From a virus, in the IMG/VR virus record IMGVR_UViG_3300027276_000037, positions 1 to 6,445 of that record: a stretch of DNA of 6,445 nucleotides. One strand, 5' to 3'. The position numbers and the translations under genes are program-made. This document shows positions 1-4,057 of this stretch, one piece after another. The notes below the pieces were generated by a model. The model saw nothing but the letters and a program-made list of their open reading frames with translations, did no database searches and was not told the DNA's origin. Position 1 is the stretch's first letter. Every line of letters starts with the position of its first letter.

Positions 1-74
1 ATGATCTGCTTCTATATATTATCATTTCTTTGTTGGGGGTTGCGGTCTTATGTCTGTTTATGAAGCGGTTTTAA
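1..74 (+). CDS. 3' end of a CDS entering from upstream (codon phase starts at nt 3), encoding a C-terminal membrane anchor DLLLYIIISLLGVAVLCLFMKRF
   Basis: This frame is open from the window edge to TAA at 72..74. It encodes a hydrophobic helix followed by a basic KRF tail, the same ending style as the 4218..5621 protein. It joins in frame with the truncated ORF at 6010..6445 if the sequence is circular. Confidence 0.4.
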   Translation, partial: DLLLYIIISLLGVAVLCLFMKRF

Positions 75-205
75 ATCTTGTTGGTGATATCCCTGTTGGT
101 TTTGAAATTATCGCTTGGGTTTTCTCCGCTATTGTCCTTATCTATCTTATTTGTTCTGCTTTTTCTATCATTGGTTCTGTTATCAATTATATAGCAGGGA
201 AGTGA
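50..205 (+). CDS. Small hydrophobic membrane protein, 51 aa (MSVYEAVLNLVGDIPVGFEIIAWVFSAIVLIYLICSAFSIIGSVINYIAGK), candidate minor virion or assembly protein
   Basis: ATG at 50 and TGA at 203..205. A G-run (35..39) sits 10 nt upstream as a weak SD. Codons are mostly T-ending, like the neighbouring genes, and there is one clear TM segment. It falls below the ORF-track length cut-off. Confidence 0.5.
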   Translation: MSVYEAVLNLVGDIPVGFEIIAWVFSAIVLIYLICSAFSIIGSVINYIAGK

Positions 206-209
206 TACT

Positions 210-371
210 TTGGATGCTTTTTTAATAGGTTTAGAATCTTCATGGACCTTTTTGGTTGAAGTTTTATCTAAGGTTTTCCAGACTTATACCACTGTCCCTA
301 TTTTTGTGGCTGTCTTTGCCCTTTGGGTTTTAGATAGATTGTTTCATATTTTTGATCTGTTAAAAGGGTAG
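210..371 (+). CDS. Small membrane protein, 53 aa, with a TTG start (MDAFLIGLESSWTFLVEVLSKVFQTYTTVPIFVAVFALWVLDRLFHIFDLLKG)
   Basis: This is the only long open frame between 195 and 371. TTG at 210 is preceded by AGGGAAG (195..201), and TAG lies at 369..371. There is one TM segment. The start is non-ATG, so confidence is lower. Confidence 0.4.
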   Translation: MDAFLIGLESSWTFLVEVLSKVFQTYTTVPIFVAVFALWVLDRLFHIFDLLKG

Positions 372-386
372 AAAGGAGGTTTAAAA

Positions 387-554
387 GTGTCTGCTTTACT
401 TACTGAATTGGGTTTAGTTGTAACTCAGGTTTTTACTTGGGTTGGTACTGTTGCTACTACAATTACTAGTACTCCGCTTTTATTGCTGACTACTGGTTTT
501 CTAGTGCTTGGTGGTGCCGTTGGTATTTTTGGCCGTCTATTGTCTAGAGGATAA
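387..554 (+). CDS. Major-coat-like protein, paralog 1, 55 aa (MSALLTELGLVVTQVFTWVGTVATTITSTPLLLLTTGFLVLGGAVGIFGRLLSRG)
   Basis: GTG at 387 follows a strong SD, AAAGGAGG (372..379), and TAA lies at 552..554. About 80 percent of residues are identical to the 575..763 product. The layout is Pf1-like: an amphipathic N-terminal half, a hydrophobic helix, and two Arg at the C-terminus. Confidence 0.7.
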   Translation: MSALLTELGLVVTQVFTWVGTVATTITSTPLLLLTTGFLVLGGAVGIFGRLLSRG

Positions 555-574
555 AAGGAAGGAGGTATTAAGGA

Positions 575-763
575 ATGGAAGGTGCTGCTATTACTATGTC
601 TACTCTTTTAGGTGATCTTTCAACTGTTGTTACTTCTGTATTCGGTTGGGTTGTTACTGTTGCTGAAACTATTACTGAGACCCCTTTGCTCTTGCTTTGC
701 ACTGGTTTTCTAGTGCTCGGCGGGGCTGTCGGTATCTTTGGCCGTCTGCTTTCCCGCGGCTAA
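575..763 (+). CDS. Major-coat-like protein, paralog 2, 62 aa
   Basis: This ORF is in the track. GGAGG (561..565) lies 9 nt upstream of ATG 575. It is a small protein with an acidic N-terminal part, a hydrophobic helix and the tail GRLLSRG. It sits just before a strong stem-loop, as major coat genes do in Ff-type phages. Confidence 0.8.
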   Translation: MEGAAITMSTLLGDLSTVVTSVFGWVVTVAETITETPLLLLCTGFLVLGGAVGIFGRLLSRG

Positions 764-766
764 GAT

Positions 767-807
767 GGAAGGGGGGCGCTTCAGCTTTAGCAAGCGCCCC
801 CCTTTCC
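767..807 (+). terminator. GC-rich stem-loop after the coat genes, a putative intrinsic terminator or attenuator
   Basis: GGAAGGGGGGCGCT (767..780) pairs with AGCGCCCCCCTTTCC (793..807). That gives 12 contiguous bp plus 2 more after a 1-nt bulge, with a 12-nt loop. There is no long U-tract, so termination is probably partial. Confidence 0.55.
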
Positions 808-825
808 CATGTATGAGGTGTTTTT

Positions 826-975
826 ATGAGTGATTTTTTAATAGCTCTTTTAGATTTATGTTTGTTCCCTTTTCAAAATACTTCTAATTTAATTATCTTT
901 ATCCCAACTGCTTGTGTGACAATCTTTTTCCTTTTTGCTGTTATTTCTCGTTTGGTACGAGGTGATTATAGATGA
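826..975 (+). CDS. Small membrane protein, 49 aa (MSDFLIALLDLCLFPFQNTSNLIIFIPTACVTIFFLFAVISRLVRGDYR)
   Basis: ATG at 826 follows GAGGTG (815..820). The TGA stop at 973..975 overlaps the ATG at 972 of the ATPase gene (ATGA), which suggests translational coupling. There is one long TM segment. Confidence 0.55.
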   Translation: MSDFLIALLDLCLFPFQNTSNLIIFIPTACVTIFFLFAVISRLVRGDYR

Positions 976-1697
976 AGGCTTTTTTCCTTTTTTTAACTTC
1001 TGTTCTTGCTTTCATGACTATTTATCATTTTTTAACTCGTAAATATCTTAACCCTTATAAACTTATTATGATTTTTGGTAAAAAGGGAAGTGGTAAGTCT
1101 ACTTTGCTTATTAAATTAGCCCTTGAATATATGAAAAAAGGTATTCCTGTTTTTTCTACCGAAAAAATTCCCGGTTGTTTCTTGATATCTCCGTCCGATA
1201 TCGGATATACCGAATTTCCTTCTAATTCCGTTATTCTGATAGATGAGGTAGGTATGATTTGGGATAATCGTGGTTTTAAGAATTTCGATACAAAAGTACG
1301 GGATTGGTTTAAGCTCCAAAGACATCGTAAAATCCGTGTTTATTTATTTTCTCAAACTTTTGATATAGATAAAAAAATTCGTGATTTAACTGATGAAATG
1401 TATCTTGTGGAAAAAAAGTTTAGGGTGTTTAGCTATGCAAAACGTATTATCAAACGCACTGTACTTAATAAATCGTCTGCGGAGGCTCCTTCTAAGATCG
1501 ATGAAGATTTGGTCTTCGATTCTTTACTTTTGTTTTGGTGTGGGAGTAGGCGTTTTACTTTCATCCCCAAATATGCAGGCTTATTTGATAGCTTTATTGC
1601 AAAGAAGCTAAAAGAAAGGGAGTTTGAACAAGTCCCGTTGAGTTGCCCAATAAAAGAACGCCGTAAATGGTTTAAGAGAAAAAATGTCAATCAATAA
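972..1697 (+). CDS. Zot/pI-like P-loop morphogenesis (assembly) ATPase with an N-terminal TM anchor, 241 aa
   Basis: Walker A is GKKGSGKST (1077..1103) and Walker B is VILIDE (1230..1247). These are followed by LQRHRKIRVYLFSQTFDIDKKIRDL, which matches the RH..(D/x)..Q..id..ir signature I associate with the Zot/gpI family. The N-terminal hydrophobic helix is MKAFFLFLTSVLAFMTIYHFL. Confidence 0.85.
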   Translation: MKAFFLFLTSVLAFMTIYHFLTRKYLNPYKLIMIFGKKGSGKSTLLIKLALEYMKKGIPVFSTEKIPGCFLISPSDIGYTEFPSNSVILIDEVGMIWDNRGFKNFDTKVRDWFKLQRHRKIRVYLFSQTFDIDKKIRDLTDEMYLVEKKFRVFSYAKRIIKRTVLNKSSAEAPSKIDEDLVFDSLLLFWCGSRRFTFIPKYAGLFDSFIAKKLKEREFEQVPLSCPIKERRKWFKRKNVNQ

Positions 1698-1950
1698 ATG
1701 CTGGATGTGTTGTTGTTCTTCTTGTTCTAATTATCGTTGTTACAGAATGTTCTATAAAGGTGCAAAGCTAAATCATTGCTTAAATTGTATGCGTGAAAAT
1801 ACGCCTCCGATAACGTCTTGTGATTTCTTCATACCAGATTGGCGTAAAAAGTTTTATAAGATTGTATGTAGGAAAAAGCGACGTGATGAGTTGATAACTC
1901 GTTTAGATCGGATAGAGGAGCTTCTAAGGGCCTTGACAAATGATAGGTGA
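1684..1950 (+). CDS. Cys-rich small protein, 88 aa (CxxC x3, putative zinc ribbon) with a basic helical C-terminus
   Basis: This ORF is in the track and overlaps the ATPase stop by 14 nt. The motifs are CWMC, CSSC and CLNC, followed by RKKRRDELITRLDRIEELLRAL. The SD is weak, so the start is uncertain (alternative ATG at 1702). It is the last gene before the terminator. Confidence 0.5.
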   Translation: MSINKCWMCCCSSCSNYRCYRMFYKGAKLNHCLNCMRENTPPITSCDFFIPDWRKKFYKIVCRKKRRDELITRLDRIEELLRALTNDR

Positions 1951-2044
1951 CATGTTACCATTAATTTACATCCAATTAAACAAAATCAGAATTTTGTAGA
2001 CGCATTTGTAAGTAATTGGAATCAAAATATGATAAATTTGCAAC

Positions 2045-2078
2045 AAAAAAAAGAGAGGTTTTAAACCTCTCTTTTTTT
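2045..2078. terminator. Bidirectional intrinsic terminator between convergent genes
   Basis: An A-run (2045..2051) is followed by the stem AGAGAGGTT (2052..2060) paired with AACCTCTCT (2064..2072), a 3-nt loop, and a T-run (2073..2078). This reads as stem plus U-tract on both strands. Confidence 0.75.
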
Positions 2079-2084
2079 ATGTAT

Positions 2085-2321
2085 TTAGATTTTGGGTAGA
2101 GGGAGTATAACGGCTTCGCTGCACTTGTCGGCCCATGCTGCAACTCTGTTAAGGGTATCTCTGGTAATGGCGTGTTCTTCTATCAGATTATCTAGTTTGT
2201 TTTCTACAGTGTCTAAACGCTCATGTATTGCTTTAAACTGAGTACCTATTTGGGATTCCATAGAATCCATGCGGGCGTTCATTTTTTGCAGTTCTTGTAA
2301 AATTAAGGTTTCGTTGTTCAT
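2085..2321 (-). CDS. Coiled-coil protein of unknown function, 78 aa
   Basis: This ORF is in the track. GAGGTG (complement of 2327..2332) lies 5 nt upstream of the ATG. There is a heptad-like helical sequence (LQELQKMNARMDSMESQIGTQFKAIHERLDTVENKLDNLIEEH). It has its own consensus promoter and is followed by a terminator. Confidence 0.7.
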   Translation of the reverse strand: MNNETLILQELQKMNARMDSMESQIGTQFKAIHERLDTVENKLDNLIEEHAITRDTLNRVAAWADKCSEAVILPLPKI

Positions 2322-2338
2322 CTCATCACCTCAAAACT

Positions 2339-2367
2339 AGTATACGGGTTAATTTTTTGCCTGTCAA
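2339..2367 (-). promoter_or_regulatory. Sigma-70/SigA-type promoter for the coiled-coil gene
   Basis: On the minus strand, the -35 TTGACA (complement of 2362..2367) is separated by a 17-nt spacer from the -10 TATACT (complement of 2339..2344). The predicted leader is very short and begins near the SD. Confidence 0.6.
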
Positions 2368-2432
2368 CGGCTTTTTCTTTTGTCTACCCCCGTAAAAGGG
2401 CAGTAGCGACGCGCTGACAGCCTCAACCTATC

Positions 2433-2467
2433 CCGGTTTTGCGGAGTGAATACGGAGCAAAAGCCGG
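2433..2467. other. Stem-loop in a GC-rich non-coding island downstream of the XRE gene
   Basis: CCGGTTTTGC (2433..2442) pairs with GCAAAAGCCGG (2457..2467) with a 1-nt bulge and a 14-nt loop that contains a direct CGGAG repeat. No U-tract follows on the minus strand, so it is not a classical terminator. Confidence 0.4.
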
Positions 2468-2482
2468 TGACCGATAAGCTTA

Positions 2483-2701
2483 TTATCTCGGCCAATCAAG
2501 CCCTTTAGGTAGCCCGAGGATATAGTCTGCACTGACATGATAAAATAGGCATAAGGTTTTAAGATGCTCTATTGGTAAGGGGTGTTTTCCTTTTTCATAC
2601 CTATAATAGTATTGTTTAGTTGTGTTTAGTATTTTTGCGATTTCTTCTTGTGTTAAATCTTTGTCAATTCTTAATTCTTTTAATCTTTCATTGTAATTCA
2701 T
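2483..2701 (-). CDS. XRE/Cro-CI family helix-turn-helix transcriptional regulator, 72 aa from the preferred start
   Basis: The HTH signature is LTQEEIAKILNTTKQYYYRYEKGK, followed by ADYILGL, which is typical of HTH_3/XRE proteins. The ATG at 2701 has GGTGA 8 nt upstream. The track ORF extends to 2755, but that ATG has no SD. Confidence 0.85.
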   Translation of the reverse strand: MNYNERLKELRIDKDLTQEEIAKILNTTKQYYYRYEKGKHPLPIEHLKTLCLFYHVSADYILGLPKGLDWPR

Positions 2702-2765
2702 AGCTAAATTCACCATCTTTATTTTGTTGGTTTTGCTTATTTTATCAAAAACCATATTTTATTAC

Positions 2766-2794
2766 TTGACAGTAATCATATATGATTATATTAT
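2766..2794 (+). promoter_or_regulatory. Consensus-like promoter for the rightward (replication and structural) operon
   Basis: The -35 TTGACA (2766..2771) is separated by a 17-nt spacer from the -10 TATTAT (2789..2794). The spacer is almost entirely occupied by palindrome O1. Confidence 0.6.
2773..2788. promoter_or_regulatory. Operator O1, a perfect 16-bp palindrome TAATCATATATGATTA
   Basis: I verified the perfect dyad by reverse complement. It lies between the -35 and -10 of the rightward promoter and covers part of the leftward -10. Confidence 0.6.
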
Positions 2795-2811
2795 TGTCTC
2801 ATGGTAGTCAT
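2785..2811 (-). promoter_or_regulatory. Candidate leftward promoter for the XRE gene, overlapping the rightward promoter
   Basis: On the minus strand, the -10 TATAAT (complement of 2785..2790) is perfect. The best -35 is ATGACT (complement of 2806..2811, 4 of 6) with a short 15-nt spacer. This element is weaker than the rightward promoter. Confidence 0.3.
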
Positions 2812-2820
2812 ATATGATTA
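2805..2820. promoter_or_regulatory. Operator O2, TAGTCATATATGATTA (one mismatch to O1)
   Basis: This is the second copy of the same dyad, 32 bp centre-to-centre from O1. It lies downstream of the rightward -10, near the expected transcription start. Confidence 0.55.
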
Positions 2821-2849
2821 TTACAAGTAAAAAAGGAGGAAGAAAAGGA

Positions 2850-3083
2850 ATGGAAGTAGTAGGATACAGAGCAATTAATTTTAGAGGTTCAGATGGGAAT
2901 ATGGTTGATGGTGTGACAATCTATTGTACTTATCCCTTGGATAAGGGTGAAGGAATCGGTACAGAACGGTTTTTCTTTTCCCGGCAAAAACTTGATAAAA
3001 GTGATTATCGCCCTAGTGTTGGTGATGATATTGATGTTACGTTTAATCGGTATGGTAAGCCCGATATGATCATCTGCAAATAG
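2850..3083 (+). CDS. Small beta-rich protein, 77 aa, first gene of the rightward operon; candidate ssDNA-binding (gpV-like) protein
   Basis: ATG at 2850 follows GGAGG (2835..2839). The track start at 2814 lies inside operator O2 and has no SD. The size, the predicted beta-rich sequence and the position next to rep resemble inovirus gene V, but I recognise no sequence motif. Confidence 0.65.
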   Translation: MEVVGYRAINFRGSDGNMVDGVTIYCTYPLDKGEGIGTERFFFSRQKLDKSDYRPSVGDDIDVTFNRYGKPDMIICK

Positions 3084-3123
3084 GGTGATCAAAATTTTAA
3101 CTGGCCAATGGGCTGTTAGGGAT

Positions 3124-3132
3124 ACTTGATAT
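3124..3132 (+). promoter_or_regulatory. Candidate plus-strand origin nick site, ACTTGATAT (contains CTTG/ATA)
   Basis: The site lies in the 75-nt intergenic gap immediately upstream of rep. It matches the core of the phiX174 origin (CAACTTGATATTAATAAC, as I recall it) and the pC194-family nick consensus CTTGATA. CTTGATA also occurs at 1181 and 2991 inside genes. Confidence 0.35.
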
Positions 3133-3158
3133 AGCAACAAATTGGTGTCACCTAAAAA

Positions 3159-4055
3159 ATGGTAATAGGGGAGTGGCGTGTTTTGGGATTCGATAGCGCT
3201 AAGAATGCGTTTTATTCTTCCTTGGGCGTCGCTCCCCTTGTTAGTTCTGTTTGTGGCTTAAATCTTTGTAGTGCAGATTTCAAGTCAAATGCCCGTGTAA
3301 AGGTCTATCGCGATTGCCGGTTGTTGCAAGTCTGTAATGATAATATCTTTGTAGATGGCAAAATTGAGGCTATAGACCGTAAAAGCGTCCGCAGATATGA
3401 GGTTCCCCCTAGGGGGCAAGCTGCTGACCCTGAACGTAGTTTAGAGGAATCTCAGCGTCGTGCTGTGTCAGCCGTCCGGGATATTACCCGGTGTAACCGT
3501 TTTGAGTATATGTTTACATGGACGCTGAACGATAAGTTAATTAATCGCTATAATCCGGATGAAGTGTATAAGAGGGTATCGTATTTCTTGCGTAATGCCA
3601 GCCGGCGTAAAGGATTCCGTTATGTGGTTATTCCAGAGTACCATAAATTAAGGCATGGGGAAGATTCCCCCGGTATACATTTCCATGGCCTTTGTAATTT
3701 GGGTAGCGTTCAAATCAAACGAGCGTTGTATAAAGATGGTTCCTTTCGTGTAGATAAGTCTGGTCGTTCTGTTTTCAATATGGTGGATTGGAAATTTGGA
3801 TGGTCAACATGTGTACCAATCGATGAAAATTATAATCGTGCTTGTAGTTACATAGTCAAATACATTACAAAATCTAAAAATAAGATTTTTGGTAAATGGT
3901 ATTTGTCTAGTCGAGATTTGCAAAAACGCCCTGATATTCTGTTTATTGAGCCTGTTGATTTTTATCAATTTAGAGATACTCAAAAAATTGCATCTGGTTT
4001 TCAGTATGAAACGAGGGTATTTAAAGATATAACGATTGTTAGCGAGGAGTTTTAG
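3159..4055 (+). CDS. Rolling-circle replication initiator (HUH endonuclease, two-tyrosine YxxKY type, phiX174 gpA/pC194-like superfamily)
   Basis: Motif 1 is FTWTL (3513..3527), motif 2 is IHFHGL (3675..3692) and motif 3 is YIVKYITK (from 3849). An alternative start is TTG at 3183, which has GGGGAG 9 nt upstream. ATG 3159 has only a weak SD. Confidence 0.9.
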   Translation: MVIGEWRVLGFDSAKNAFYSSLGVAPLVSSVCGLNLCSADFKSNARVKVYRDCRLLQVCNDNIFVDGKIEAIDRKSVRRYEVPPRGQAADPERSLEESQRRAVSAVRDITRCNRFEYMFTWTLNDKLINRYNPDEVYKRVSYFLRNASRRKGFRYVVIPEYHKLRHGEDSPGIHFHGLCNLGSVQIKRALYKDGSFRVDKSGRSVFNMVDWKFGWSTCVPIDENYNRACSYIVKYITKSKNKIFGKWYLSSRDLQKRPDILFIEPVDFYQFRDTQKIASGFQYETRVFKDITIVSEEF

Positions 4056-4057
4056 GA

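Noticed and set aside
1-63. Frame-1 ORF starting at the first base (MICFYILSFLCWGLRSYVCL, stop at 61..63)
   Set aside because: It is only 20 codons long and its upstream context cannot be assessed. Frame 3 (nt 3..74) gives a cleaner TM anchor with a basic tail and joins in frame to the truncated ORF at the other end. I kept it only as an alternative.
1181-1187. Additional CTTGATA heptamers at 1181..1187 and 2991..2997 considered as origin candidates
   Set aside because: Both lie inside coding sequence, and a 7-mer in T-rich DNA can recur by chance. I preferred the intergenic copy next to rep, but these copies weaken the specificity of that call and need experimental testing.
1116-1325. 69-aa ORF on the minus strand inside the ATPase gene
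   Set aside because: It lies entirely antisense to a well-supported P-loop ATPase gene. It has no SD and a low-complexity product with no recognisable features, so it looks like a shadow ORF.
1393-1611. 72-aa plus-strand ORF in an alternative frame of the ATPase gene
   Set aside because: It is completely nested in the ATPase coding frame, which carries conserved motifs. It has no SD, so it is most likely a frame artefact.
1433-1690. 85-aa minus-strand ORF opposite the ATPase C-terminus
   Set aside because: It is antisense to a supported gene, has no ribosome-binding site or promoter, and goes against the single-strand operon logic.
1933-1966. TTGACA hexamer at 1933..1938 with a possible TACCAT -10
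   Set aside because: The -10 is poor. The site lies at the end of the Cys-rich ORF, and only the terminator follows downstream on this strand, so there is nothing for it to drive.
2702-2755. 18-codon N-terminal extension of the XRE ORF (track start at 2755)
   Set aside because: No SD precedes the ATG at 2755, whereas GGTGA precedes the ATG at 2701. The shorter form also begins where XRE domains typically begin (MNYNERLKELR). The longer form cannot be excluded without data.
2773-2797. AT-rich palindromic region considered as a XerCD/dif-like integration site
   Set aside because: It does not resemble the dif consensus arms as I recall them, because it lacks a TTATGT-type XerD arm. The duplicated dyad positioned over the promoters is better explained as repressor operators.
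2814-2849. 12-codon N-terminal extension of the 77-aa ORF (track start at 2814)
   Set aside because: The ATG at 2814 lies inside operator O2 and just at or after the predicted transcription start, and it has no SD. The GGAGG at 2835..2839 serves the ATG at 2850.
2889-3140. 83-aa minus-strand ORF opposite the 77-aa gene
   Set aside because: It is a shadow of the plus-strand gene, which has a strong SD and a promoter. It would also run into the switch region without any signals of its own.
3405-3416. Perfect 12-bp palindrome CCCCCTAGGGGG inside rep
   Set aside because: It is a single occurrence that encodes PPRG in frame and has no flanking repeats or partner site. It could be chance or a minor ssDNA hairpin, so I mention it only under the Rep finding.
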